This document shows positions 8,895 to 18,033 of a DNA stretch of 64,000 nucleotides, piece after piece (position 1 is the stretch's first letter; each line of letters starts with the position of its first letter). Origin of the DNA: a virus. Taxonomy: Duplodnaviria; Caudoviricetes. Both the position numbers and the translations under genes were made by a program. The stretch lies in the IMG/VR virus record IMGVR_UViG_2593339199_000002, positions 35,905 to 99,904 of that record; one strand, given 5' to 3'. Below the pieces are notes generated by a model. The model was not told the DNA's origin and searched no databases. It worked only from the letters and a program-made list of their open reading frames with translations.

Positions 8895-8943
8895 TCCATT
8901 TTGTATCCGAATGTATACATATTGTAACTAATTAATGCAAAAG

Positions 8944-8973
8944 AAAACCGCTGGCGTATGCCAACGGTTGTTT
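8944..8973. terminator. Terminator between convergent rnhA and flagellin
   Basis: AACCGCTGGC/GCCAACGGTT stem with A and T flanks. Confidence 0.6.
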
Positions 8974-8988
8974 GTATATCCGAGCTTA

Positions 8989-9762
8989 TTAACGAAGCAG
9001 GGACAGAACGCCTTGTGGTGCAGAGTTTGCTTGAGCCAGCATCGATTGGGAAGCTTGAAGAAGAATGTTGTTCTTCGTCAGGTTGACCATCTCGCTCGCC
9101 ATGTCCGTATCGCGGATGCGGGACTCGGAAGCCGTCAGGTTCTCGGTCGTCGTGCCCAAGTTGTTGGACGTGTACTCGAGACGGTTTTGAACCGCACCCA
9201 GCTTGCCACGCTCCGTAGCAACGGCTTTGATCCCATCATTTACTTCAGCCAGCGTAGTCGTGTCATCAAGGCCAATAAAACTAGCCGTGACAATTTGACC
9301 AATATTGATGAGAGTTCCTTTATCGTCAGTAGCGATAGCGACACCGGTTGTGTTGTTGATGTTGATTCCGTTGAACGTGGTGTTAGACATGATGTTGTCG
9401 ATTTGACCACCCAGCGCTTTCATCTCTTCGCCGATGTTGGCTTTGTCTTCAGTCGAATACGTGCCGTTAGCATCTTGAACTTTCAGTTCTTTCATTCGGC
9501 TCAGCATTGCGGATACTTCGTTCAGCGCACCCTCAGCCGTTTGAACATAGGAGATGCCGTCTTGCGTATTGCGTTGAGCTTGCTGAAGTCCACGGATTTG
9601 TCCGCGCATGTTTTCGGAGATCGAAAGACCTGCAGCGTCGTCGGCAGCGCGGTTAATGCGGAGACCCGAAGAAAGCTTCTCCATATTCTTGCCAGCAGCC
9701 GTGTTATTCAGGGCCATGTTGCGGTGCGTGTTGAGCGCGCTAATATTGTGGTTGATAATCAT
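8989..9762 (-). CDS. hag: Flagellin, short (257 aa, essentially D0/D1 only)
   Basis: MIINHNISA...EKLSSGLRINRAADDAAGL...SRIRDTDMA...QANSAPQGVLSLLR; GGAGG RBS. Confidence 0.96.
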   Translation of the reverse strand: MIINHNISALNTHRNMALNNTAAGKNMEKLSSGLRINRAADDAAGLSISENMRGQIRGLQQAQRNTQDGISYVQTAEGALNEVSAMLSRMKELKVQDANGTYSTEDKANIGEEMKALGGQIDNIMSNTTFNGININNTTGVAIATDDKGTLINIGQIVTASFIGLDDTTTLAEVNDGIKAVATERGKLGAVQNRLEYTSNNLGTTTENLTASESRIRDTDMASEMVNLTKNNILLQASQSMLAQANSAPQGVLSLLR

Positions 9763-9770
9763 TTGTATTA

Positions 9771-9811
9771 CCTCCGTGTGTGTTAGGTAGTAGATGATTC
9801 CTTTCATCTAC
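9771..9811 (-). promoter_or_regulatory. Two CsrA binding sites in the flagellin leader
   Basis: Hairpin GTAGATGA-AAGGAA-TCATCTAC (ANGGA in the loop) and ACGGAGG overlapping the SD. Confidence 0.75.
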
Positions 9812-9821
9812 TTGGATTGAT

Positions 9822-9977
9822 TTACTTATCAGCGATTTCCGCCCTTACAATGGAAATCTCTTTTGGTGCCTCGATCTTTAACCGAAGCATATCGTCTTCG
9901 GTTTTAATAACTGTCACAACGATGTTGCCATTGATAATGATGCTTTCATTGGGTTTTCTACCAAGCACTAGTGCCAT
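9822..9977 (-). CDS. csrA: Carbon storage regulator CsrA (51 aa, below the ORF-track cutoff)
   Basis: MALVLGRKPNESIIINGNIVVTVIKTEDDMLRLKIEAPKEISIVRAEIADK; AAGGAGG RBS. Confidence 0.9.
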   Translation of the reverse strand: MALVLGRKPNESIIINGNIVVTVIKTEDDMLRLKIEAPKEISIVRAEIADK

Positions 9978-10008
9978 AGTACACATCCTCCTTGATGTTC
10001 TAATAGCT

Positions 10009-10036
10009 ATATCGACCGTACAGATGGCATTGTTTA
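10009..10036 (-). promoter_or_regulatory. SigD (sigma28) promoter for csrA-hag
   Basis: TAAA-N16-GTCGATAT versus consensus TAAA-N15/16-GCCGATAT. Confidence 0.8.
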
Positions 10037-10222
10037 TACCTAAATGACATGAAAATTAAAAAAATCCATGGGTCTACTGAATTATTCGTTTTGACGATGC
10101 AAATCGCTGCAGAATGCAGCATATTAGATCAGATCAGATTTCATTAGATTCTTTTTTAGGAGGAAAATGCCGATGAACGCCTAAGGCAGTACATCCAGAC
10201 AAGGAAAGGAGGGAATCAGCCA

Positions 10223-10333
10223 ATGATATACGCCGTCATTATTTTGCAGGTCATCACCATCGTGATCTTATTCGTTACATACACCCTAAACCGAAAAACC
10301 ATTAAGATCTACAAGGAAATGAACAAGCGATGA
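10223..10333 (+). CDS. 36-aa single-TM peptide with basic tail
   Basis: AAGGAGG RBS; MIYAVIILQVITIVILFVTYTLNRKTIKIYKEMNKR. Confidence 0.6.
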   Translation: MIYAVIILQVITIVILFVTYTLNRKTIKIYKEMNKR

Positions 10334-10509
10334 ACCCGTCACGCTTCAGGTAGCGTCAAAGTTAATTAACCGTTCATATTTTCCATAGGAAAATGTTAAA
10401 TATTTTCGTATATCCTAATAGTTATATGATTATATTTCTATATTTTCCATGGTTACATGATTCTATTTTCAAAATACCTCATGAAAAAGGAGGCCTCATC
10501 AAGGCCTCC

Positions 10510-11364
10510 TCATTTGTCTTTCTTCACAAACATCCTCACAAACCACGGGAGAGATTTGACGATCTCCTGCTTCATCTCCTGCTGCATCTCCAGCTTGGCC
10601 TGTTTATCATCCTTCAATTCCTTCAATTGCTCTAGGATTACTTTATCCCGCGTATCGACATCCTGACGCATTGTTGAGACGGCCTGCTCGATGAGCTCTC
10701 GTTGCTTATCATCTGTCACGTTTTCTTGAAGGGCAGTAAGCGCACCGGCGATACTCTCGATCTTCTCGTTAATCTCCTCGATCCGATCCTCACCAGGCAG
10801 AAGCAGCTGCATCTTTTCATCCATTCGCTTATCTACAACTTGCGCAATGAACTCGGAGAGCATGCGCATCTGATCTTCCGATGCATTGGAAAACGGATCG
10901 ACCAGCCCTCCCTCCCTGCTGGGGCGTCGGTCATCATCAATTTCATCTCGCTCGAATACGCGAATTTGATCCGACGACACGATGCCTACCAGCTCGGCAC
11001 ATCGTGAGAGCTTAATGTTCTGCGACTTACGAAGTAGCAGCGCCATTTTGAGGCGGAAGACGGCCTGGTAGTCCATGAGGACGGTCCGGCCACTCATACG
11101 TGCCTCGATGTAGTGGTTGAGCTGCTTCTGCCAGCTCCGCATGGTCGAAGGCTTGCACAAGAAGTTCGGAGCCTGCTCCTGCGTGCAGTACCACTCCTCA
11201 AACTCGGATGTGGTGTAGTCAACGGCCTCTTTCATGGCCTCTATGTAGTCATCAAAGAGCTCGTCGGTCAAATCTGTCTTCAATATCAGCTTAAATAGCG
11301 GGTCCTGCCTAAATTCCTGGCTCAGGCGGGCACTCATTACGCCGCCGGTCCCCTGCTCGCTCAT
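10510..11364 (-). CDS. MerR-type HTH / coiled-coil protein with amphipathic C-terminus (RacA/DUF3967-like)
   Basis: KPSTMRSWQKQL HTH-like segment, long coiled coil, LPWFVRMFVKK tail. Confidence 0.55.
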   Translation of the reverse strand: MSEQGTGGVMSARLSQEFRQDPLFKLILKTDLTDELFDDYIEAMKEAVDYTTSEFEEWYCTQEQAPNFLCKPSTMRSWQKQLNHYIEARMSGRTVLMDYQAVFRLKMALLLRKSQNIKLSRCAELVGIVSSDQIRVFERDEIDDDRRPSREGGLVDPFSNASEDQMRMLSEFIAQVVDKRMDEKMQLLLPGEDRIEEINEKIESIAGALTALQENVTDDKQRELIEQAVSTMRQDVDTRDKVILEQLKELKDDKQAKLEMQQEMKQEIVKSLPWFVRMFVKKDK

Positions 11365-11616
11365 CAGATCACCTCAGGTTATATTTTAACCTAATCTGGT
11401 CTGATCTGTCACGATTTAAGCTGGATCAGCCTCCATTATTATCGATCAGGCTCCATCAAACTCTATTAGTATTGATTATATTTCATCAGATTCTATCAGA
11501 TTAAGCTTTCTTATTCTATTCTGTTTATTTCTGATTAAATCTGAATCAATTTAAAACGGTATACATCCGAACACATTAGATCAGATTCTATCAGCTAATT
11601 TTCTGATGTAATCTGA
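11362..11616. repeat. AT-rich array of ATCAG/CTGAT short repeats
   Basis: ATCAGATTCTATCAG at 11485 and 11580 plus many half copies. Confidence 0.65.
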
Positions 11617-11639
11617 GGTGAAAGGGGAGGGCGGTTTCC

Positions 11640-12248
11640 ATGCGGAAGCAGATTTTCGGTGTTTTTTGGGCGGCGGCCATGATGGCGCCTGGTATCACCA
11701 TGAATTTCGTACCAAAACTAGCGGCGGCCGGCATCTTCGCCGCGGCCATCGCGCTTAACGCCTACATTTTAGGGAACATGACGTGGCAAAAGCATGCCAT
11801 GACCGATAAATTGACGGGTCTGCGTAACAGGGCAGCACTCGATCAACAGCTGAAGGTATATCGGAAGCGCCAGGTGTCGGTGCTCATGATCGACATCGAT
11901 AATTTCAAGTCCATCAACGATTCCTTCGGACACGCGATAGGGGATGGGGTCCTTTATGATGTGGCCAATACGATGATGAGCCAAATTCGAGGTGCTGACA
12001 TCTACCGCTATGGGGGAGAGGAGTTCACGATCATCTTGCCTGGATTGCAGATACGAGAGAGCTATGCGATCGCAGAGCGCCTTCGGAAAGCCGTAGAGCA
12101 ACACGTTCACGTTTATGGAAGGCCCGTGACGATTTCAATCGGCGTAGCCAGCTGCTCAGATATCAAGCTGGCGATGAAGCAGGCGGATGAATGCCTGTAC
12201 GAATCCAAGCAACGAGGGAGGAATGCCACAACTGCTTGTGCATGTTGA
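11640..12248 (+). CDS. Membrane-anchored diguanylate cyclase (GGDEF)
   Basis: DKLTGLRNR, DIDNFKSINDSFGHAIGD, YRYGGEEF, KQRGRN; hydrophobic N-terminus. Confidence 0.92.
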   Translation: MRKQIFGVFWAAAMMAPGITMNFVPKLAAAGIFAAAIALNAYILGNMTWQKHAMTDKLTGLRNRAALDQQLKVYRKRQVSVLMIDIDNFKSINDSFGHAIGDGVLYDVANTMMSQIRGADIYRYGGEEFTIILPGLQIRESYAIAERLRKAVEQHVHVYGRPVTISIGVASCSDIKLAMKQADECLYESKQRGRNATTACAC

Positions 12249-12267
12249 GCCTGACGGCTCGTTTCAT
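12247..12267 (+). promoter_or_regulatory. TGAC-loop hairpin motif copy 9
   Basis: GAGCC-TGAC-GGCTC-GT-TTCAT. Confidence 0.85.
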
Positions 12268-12326
12268 ATTAGAATCTGACCGCCATCGTGCGGTCTTTTT
12301 TTATTCCATTGAAGGGAGGAAGCCGC

Positions 12327-12836
12327 GTGGCCATGCCTGAAGGCAAATTAGGGTTCGATAAGCTCCGGGTAGAAATGTGGGTGTCTGGAACAGCAGGGGA
12401 GGATGGTGCAGGTGGATACTGTGCTCATTTGCACAGCGTGCTTGATGGGCAGAAGTACACCAAGACTATCGCAGGCTTTGGGAACGGCGTGACGCCGACC
12501 CGTATGACATTGAAAGCCGTACTGGAAGGACTCAAGCAAATTAAGAACAAGTGCTTCATTCACATCTATACAGGTATCCCGCAGGTGAGCGCCGGCATGA
12601 ACAAGCACATTCATCGCTGGGCGAAAAAAGATTTCAAAGGAGCCAGCGGCCAGGATCTCCAGCACGAAGATCTCTGGCGCCAGATCCATTTCCTCTTGGA
12701 GGAAAGGGTGATGTCCTACAAGGTGCATTATCTAGGTGACAGCCCGAAGCCGGACAACAATATTATGGTGATCCATACGGCCAGCCAGTATGCACAGAAG
12801 GCACGCAAAAACTTCATGGAGGTGTCGATCGGATGA
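12327..12836 (+). CDS. RNase HI-like protein with degenerate active site
   Basis: Aligns by eye to 8445-8894 (GG, TxxRMxL, IY, HxxLW) but catalytic D/E/D become S/T/G. Confidence 0.7.
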   Translation: MAMPEGKLGFDKLRVEMWVSGTAGEDGAGGYCAHLHSVLDGQKYTKTIAGFGNGVTPTRMTLKAVLEGLKQIKNKCFIHIYTGIPQVSAGMNKHIHRWAKKDFKGASGQDLQHEDLWRQIHFLLEERVMSYKVHYLGDSPKPDNNIMVIHTASQYAQKARKNFMEVSIG

Positions 12837-13081
12837 ATCGCATAGGCCCGATCATGGATCGGATTATCGATAGCACGCTGCTGCTGGTCCTTAGCCTTGT
12901 TATCTTGACCGTAGCTTCTTTCGCACTCAGCATATACGCACTCATTCTGTTCATCGCGCTGATCGTGCTTTTTGCATGCTATGTGCGATGGTCTGTACAA
13001 ACCGAACCAGTTGAGGAGGATCACCAACATGACGATGGTCACAACAACATGCAGCCTTTGTCGCACCGACGTCACGCTTGA
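12833..13081 (+). CDS. Small membrane protein
   Basis: Two TM segments; 4-nt overlap with the upstream gene. Confidence 0.55.
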   Translation: MNRIGPIMDRIIDSTLLLVLSLVILTVASFALSIYALILFIALIVLFACYVRWSVQTEPVEEDHQHDDGHNNMQPLSHRRHA

Positions 13082-13250
13082 TTTTGAAAACCTGTCGCAT
13101 GACGAGGCCGTCGAAAGACTTCGCAAGCTCGATAAAAAGGCGATGGAATGCCCAGGCATGCATGTCGAGATGGGCGGCTGGTACAAGCGCTGGAAGTTGG
13201 ATGAGGCGCTTCGCGCAGCCTATCCGGATCATTACACCAATGGAGCCTGA
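13029..13250 (+). CDS. Small Zn-binding hypothetical protein
   Basis: GAGGAGG RBS; CxxC; TGA stop is the loop of motif copy 10. Confidence 0.55.
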   Translation: MTMVTTTCSLCRTDVTLDFENLSHDEAVERLRKLDKKAMECPGMHVEMGGWYKRWKLDEALRAAYPDHYTNGA

Positions 13251-13263
13251 CGGCTCGTTTCAT
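13243..13263 (+). promoter_or_regulatory. TGAC-loop hairpin motif copy 10
   Basis: GAGCC-TGAC-GGCTC-GT-TTCAT, identical to copy 9. Confidence 0.85.
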
Positions 13264-13296
13264 GCTGATCTACATATTAGAGAGGAGATCTCCATC

Positions 13297-13575
13297 ATGC
13301 ATATAGCTTCTGTCGTTGCAAACCACCTCATCAATGCCGGCTCTAAAGCCGAGATTCAAAGCACACTTCAATCTTGCCGTTCGCATACCGAGCAGCACGA
13401 TGCATTGAAAATGGCTGCGGATCATATTCTGCTGGCCGTTGAATCGAATATCGCACAAAAGAATCATCAAGTCGCAATCTGGGAGCTCTCGAAGCTGGCG
13501 ATCGTGGAAGACGAACTGCTGAAGGCGGAGCGTCGCATGAATCACGTATTATCGCTCACAGGAGCACGCCTCTAA
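13297..13575 (+). CDS. Hypothetical helical protein
   Basis: GAGGAG RBS. Confidence 0.65.
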   Translation: MHIASVVANHLINAGSKAEIQSTLQSCRSHTEQHDALKMAADHILLAVESNIAQKNHQVAIWELSKLAIVEDELLKAERRMNHVLSLTGARL

Positions 13576-13685
13576 TGCTTTGGCTTGGTGCATTCATGAT
13601 CATCGTTCTATCAGGGCAGGTGTGGTGCCTGCCCCTATTGTTCATTTTCTTTTTTATTGTAATGGCTAACAAGAAGATCAATTAG

Positions 13686-13706
13686 GCGCCTGACGGCGCG
13701 ATTCAT
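13686..13706 (+). promoter_or_regulatory. TGAC-loop hairpin motif copy 11
   Basis: GCGCC-TGAC-GGCGC-GA-TTCAT. Confidence 0.85.
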
Positions 13707-13744
13707 CTTAGCTAATATCCAATTTCCCGAGGAGGAAACTAACC

Positions 13745-14821
13745 ATGTTAAATCAAGTCAAATCGCTCGTAGCAGGCAATGTCAAGGTTGAGATCCGTGA
13801 CCGCAATCAGTACAACCAGTATCCGGTTATCGTGACGGACATGGCGCAAGATTCGATCACGTTCGGATGGGCGCTGACGTACTATGCGCGTCACATGACC
13901 AAGGGCAATGAGCGCATGTACGACGGCAAAGAAGCATTCACCACGTTAACGATCACGAACTTTCAACGTCTCTATGATCGGCTCATGTCGGTGGATGCTC
14001 GCTTTGCAGCCGGCGACGGTGTGACGGTCGGCAACAACAATGCTCGTACCGCGGTCTACGAAATGAGCGAGAAGGCTCGCTTCCATGTGCGTCAATTCAA
14101 TGACAGCATCACGATCAGCCTGTCGATTACGGATCCGGCATCGCCGTTCTATCTGCTGGCGATCAATTTCCGCGTGGTCAATAGCAAGAAAGAGCAGGGC
14201 AAGCGCCACCTGATCGGCTCCGAATCCCAATGGGATCTGAATACGGACACGTTCACGGAGAACAACGCCGTCATGTCGCCGAAGAAGAAGAAATACCTGC
14301 AGGTGTTCCAGGAAGATCAGAACACGATTCCGTATGTAAAGGCGCCGAGCCGTCCAGGCATGAATAACACCACGCAAGTGGATCCGAATAACAGCGAGTT
14401 CCTGTACATCATGGACATCGATAACGAGTTTCGTGCACTGGCATTCATCTATGAGCGTGCGATTCTCGAGCATGCGATGACCGCAGCCCTGCCGCTGGTT
14501 CAAGCGAAGCAGCAGCCTACGCAAAATGCATTCGGCGCGAGTGCCCCGGGCAGCTTCAGCGATTACAGCGGATTCGGACAGCCGCAGCAAGGCTTCGGTG
14601 CGCCAGCTCAACAACAAGCACCATTCAACGTGCCGGCACAGCAGCAAACTCTATTCGGAAGCGCGCCTGCGCAACAAGGATTTGGAGCAGCGTCACAACA
14701 GAGCTTCGGCTCGCAGCCAGCCGATCAAGCACCATTCAGCCAGGGGCAACCTGCAGGTGCTGGACTCGGCAATGCATTTATGCAGAAACCGAATTGGAGC
14801 GAAAACGACCGGGCATTCTAA
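13745..14821 (+). CDS. Hypothetical protein with Q/G/F-rich disordered tail (possible ssDNA-binding protein)
   Basis: GAGGAGG RBS; QQGFG repeats; ends WSENDRAF. Confidence 0.75.
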   Translation: MLNQVKSLVAGNVKVEIRDRNQYNQYPVIVTDMAQDSITFGWALTYYARHMTKGNERMYDGKEAFTTLTITNFQRLYDRLMSVDARFAAGDGVTVGNNNARTAVYEMSEKARFHVRQFNDSITISLSITDPASPFYLLAINFRVVNSKKEQGKRHLIGSESQWDLNTDTFTENNAVMSPKKKKYLQVFQEDQNTIPYVKAPSRPGMNNTTQVDPNNSEFLYIMDIDNEFRALAFIYERAILEHAMTAALPLVQAKQQPTQNAFGASAPGSFSDYSGFGQPQQGFGAPAQQQAPFNVPAQQQTLFGSAPAQQGFGAASQQSFGSQPADQAPFSQGQPAGAGLGNAFMQKPNWSENDRAF

Positions 14822-15014
14822 TGCTTGGTTGATCCTCCTATAAGAGAAGAGGGAGTGCTTTTACAGGCTCCCTTGGATCTTTAAAAAATCCGGTTCCCCC
14901 GGGGCCAGGGAGTCCCCTCAAATGCGGCGATTACCTGCGATAAGCTTTTATGAGCTGGTTTTATTAACGAAGCGAAAATGGTATACTATTATGAAGTGGA
15001 AAGGAGGGAATCGG

Positions 15015-16910
15015 ATGATACAGGTACGTATGCAGTACAACAATGTTTACTTGAAGATACTTGATGGACCGGAGACATTTGACCATACGCTTGAAAAAGT
15101 GCGTTACATCCGGAACCGTGGGTTTAACATGGAAACAGGTGAATGGATGTTTGATCGTGAATATATCGGGGATTTACTTGCTTTATTCGATAATCAAATT
15201 ACCTGGATGACACCGCTTCATGAAATTGTCGCAGGCGTCAATTTGAATCATGAGATCGTCAACCAACACATTCAATGGGAATCCGAAGGCGAGTTCAAGA
15301 ACTTCTTGTTGCCGCTGTATGCGTATCAAAAAGTCGGGGCCAATTTCCTCATTGACCGTGGATGTGCAGCTGTGTTCGATGGCTGCGGGTTGGGCAAAAC
15401 TCCTCAGCTGATTGGAGCATGTGAAAAGCTTCATGAGCAGGGAAGGGCCCAAAAGATGCTTATTGTCACACTCAGTTCCCTCAAACGACAGTGGGCAAAG
15501 GAAATCGAGAAATTCTCCGGGAAGACGGCGATCGCCGTTTCAGGTACGCCGGCTAAGCGCGCATCTCTTATCAAAGGATTCGCTCAGCGCAAGGACATTC
15601 AATACATGGTGATCAATTATGAGATCCTTCGGAATGATACCCTCCGAGAATTGATTAAGAATATACCGTTCGATGTGGTAGCGCTCGATGAAGCACAGAA
15701 GATAAAGAATGGCGTGCGCGACACCTCTTTGAATATGGAGCCGAGCCAGATTGCTGCGGCGGCCTATGAGCTTAAACACATCAAATATCGTTTTGTCGCG
15801 ACGGCGACCCCGCTTCAAGGCAAGGCTGAAGAGATCTTTAGCATCTTTTACTTTCTGAATGAAGAAATTCTTGGGCCATGGAATTATTTCCGTGAGCGCT
15901 ACTGTAAATACAGCACGCGATATGGCATCACGGGGTACATTAATTTGGGCGAGCTGTATTACCGAATCGCACCATTCTTCATCAGGCGGACAAAGGATAT
16001 GCCAGAGATTCAACAGCAGCTTCCGCAAGTCCAGCATTCCCATGTCTTCCTTGAAATGACGGATGCACAAGAAAAGCTGCATGATTATCTGATCGAAAAG
16101 CTTACGGACATTAAAGAGCAGGCCAGGAGTATCACGGATTACAAGTTCATCAATGGGCAATCCATGTCCCCTCAAGAGGCAAAGGAATACTACGATGCCT
16201 TGGCGCAAGGCTATCAGAGCTTTCTACTCAGCACCTGCGACAGTCCGGAGCTGCTGCTGATGTCCAAGACCCCGATGGCCGAGAAGATACTGAAAGAAGT
16301 CCAGCTCAGCGAGAAGGATCTGAAATCACCGAAGATCGATCAGTTCAAGGAGTTCTTCAGCAGCATGCTATATGATGAGCCAAACTCCAAGGTCGTTATC
16401 TTTTCCCGCTTCGAACGGATGGTGGAGCTGTTGTACCGTGAGCTCAACAAGGATTCCCGCGGCCGACCACTCGATAATCCGATCGCAGTCGCTTATCATG
16501 GACAATTGACCGAAGGCGCCAAGGAATACGCTAAGGAACAATTCCTTCACAATCCAAATATTAAGGCCATTATCTGTACCGATGCAGGATCAACGGGACT
16601 AAACCTTCAGGTGGCGAACTACATGGTCCACATCGATCTGCCTTGGGATCCGACACTGTTGGAACAGCGCAATGGCCGCATTGACCGGACAGGTAACGCC
16701 TTCGCCAATGTGACCATCTACTATTACGCCATGGAGAACAGCTTCGACGAGCATCTGCTGGAGATTCTGGACCGCAAGTCCGATCTCGCGAACCAGGTTC
16801 TCACCGGTGGTGCTGACAACCGCAGCCGTGAGAGGGATGTCAACAAGCTGGCGATGGATCGCCTCCTTCGGAAACGAAACAAGCAAACGAATAATGAGAA
16901 TGTGGGGTAG
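15015..16910 (+). CDS. SNF2-family helicase/ATPase
   Basis: GCGLGKT, DEAQKIKN, TATPLQ, GLNLQ, QRNGRIDR. Confidence 0.92.
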   Translation: MIQVRMQYNNVYLKILDGPETFDHTLEKVRYIRNRGFNMETGEWMFDREYIGDLLALFDNQITWMTPLHEIVAGVNLNHEIVNQHIQWESEGEFKNFLLPLYAYQKVGANFLIDRGCAAVFDGCGLGKTPQLIGACEKLHEQGRAQKMLIVTLSSLKRQWAKEIEKFSGKTAIAVSGTPAKRASLIKGFAQRKDIQYMVINYEILRNDTLRELIKNIPFDVVALDEAQKIKNGVRDTSLNMEPSQIAAAAYELKHIKYRFVATATPLQGKAEEIFSIFYFLNEEILGPWNYFRERYCKYSTRYGITGYINLGELYYRIAPFFIRRTKDMPEIQQQLPQVQHSHVFLEMTDAQEKLHDYLIEKLTDIKEQARSITDYKFINGQSMSPQEAKEYYDALAQGYQSFLLSTCDSPELLLMSKTPMAEKILKEVQLSEKDLKSPKIDQFKEFFSSMLYDEPNSKVVIFSRFERMVELLYRELNKDSRGRPLDNPIAVAYHGQLTEGAKEYAKEQFLHNPNIKAIICTDAGSTGLNLQVANYMVHIDLPWDPTLLEQRNGRIDRTGNAFANVTIYYYAMENSFDEHLLEILDRKSDLANQVLTGGADNRSRERDVNKLAMDRLLRKRNKQTNNENVG

Positions 16911-16929
16911 GCCTGACGGCCTGCCTCTT
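16909..16929 (+). promoter_or_regulatory. TGAC-loop hairpin motif copy 12
   Basis: AGGCC-TGAC-GGCCT-GC-CTCTT. Confidence 0.75.
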
Positions 16930-16956
16930 TTTACTTTATGGGAAAGGGCGGGAGAA

Positions 16957-17319
16957 ATGAGCGAAGAAACGGTTATTAAGGAGCTTAACTTTGATCTAAT
17001 CGCTGCCGGCATCCGAAACATGAGCGTTATCCCTGATTCGGAGTATGAGCATATGCATAAGGCAATGCCGGTCTTCAATGTCCTCTTGAATGAAACTGAA
17101 ACTGATGTTGAGTTTTTGAAAGGCACTACAATTGAGCAGTTTGAAATCACGTTCGATTACATAAATAATGCCATTACCTATGAGGATGGATTGGAAGAAC
17201 ACGAGCTGCAGTTCGCACAAGAGATGCGAAATGCGCTGTTCCAATACTGCGCCGTGCGCGATTGGATTCGAGATGCATCTGCGCTGCAGACATTTCCCCG
17301 TAAGGTTACATTCATTTAG
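16957..17319 (+). CDS. Hypothetical acidic protein
   Basis: ORF after motif copy 12, heads the PRTRC-like operon. Confidence 0.65.
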   Translation: MSEETVIKELNFDLIAAGIRNMSVIPDSEYEHMHKAMPVFNVLLNETETDVEFLKGTTIEQFEITFDYINNAITYEDGLEEHELQFAQEMRNALFQYCAVRDWIRDASALQTFPRKVTFI

Positions 17320-17334
17320 CGAGGTGAATCATTC

Positions 17335-18033
17335 ATGGTTGAGCCGTTGTACGGCTATTACGAGAAGGAATACTGGCTGGCGCAGCTGGACCGCTTGGTT
17401 ACATTTAAGATCATGGTGGACCGCGGCCACGAGCCGGAGGATCTGGAGTTCTTCAAGGGGCATGAAGCGTTTGCCTACAATGCTCCCGAGTTTTTCATGC
17501 AGACGTTTAAGCTGCTGACCAGCGATTTGCTGATCGATTATCCTGAAATCACGGAGGAGGATCAGAAGATAGGCATCGGCTATCGGATTAAGTTTCACTT
17601 CCGGCCAGACCTGACGCCAGAGGAACTGGAGCGAAAGGGGGCGCTGAAAAAGCACCTGCATGTCGCCTTTGATCATGTCGATGTCGAAGGCGTCAATACA
17701 AAGTGGGACCTGGATAAAGATGAAGACGAGCTAACGATCGAGGTGCAGCTCTGGACCGGTTTTGGATTTATTTTGCATCACGTCATGCGGGCCATGGATA
17801 ACATGAAACCATTCTTGATAATGAAGGAGGTTCTGATCGATGTCGGACAAAGTAGTAATCACGCTGGAGAGGAACAAGATGCCGCATGTGGCATTCGAGC
17901 AAAAGGGTGGGGCGAAGACCGGGGGCCATTGCTACCACGATCAAGTGATCAGCTTGATCATGTCTGCGCAGAACGAGCAGCTTGTAGTGGAACAGAAAGA
18001 GACGGTGCTCAGCTCGCCGGCGCTGCCGAGTAA
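17335..18033 (+). CDS. Hypothetical protein; 3' end overlaps the next gene
   Basis: GAGGTG RBS. Confidence 0.6.
   Translation: MVEPLYGYYEKEYWLAQLDRLVTFKIMVDRGHEPEDLEFFKGHEAFAYNAPEFFMQTFKLLTSDLLIDYPEITEEDQKIGIGYRIKFHFRPDLTPEELERKGALKKHLHVAFDHVDVEGVNTKWDLDKDEDELTIEVQLWTGFGFILHHVMRAMDNMKPFLIMKEVLIDVGQSSNHAGEEQDAACGIRAKGWGEDRGPLLPRSSDQLDHVCAERAACSGTERDGAQLAGAAE

Noticed and set aside
8935-9786. 283-aa plus-strand ORF
   Set aside because: Antisense shadow of flagellin
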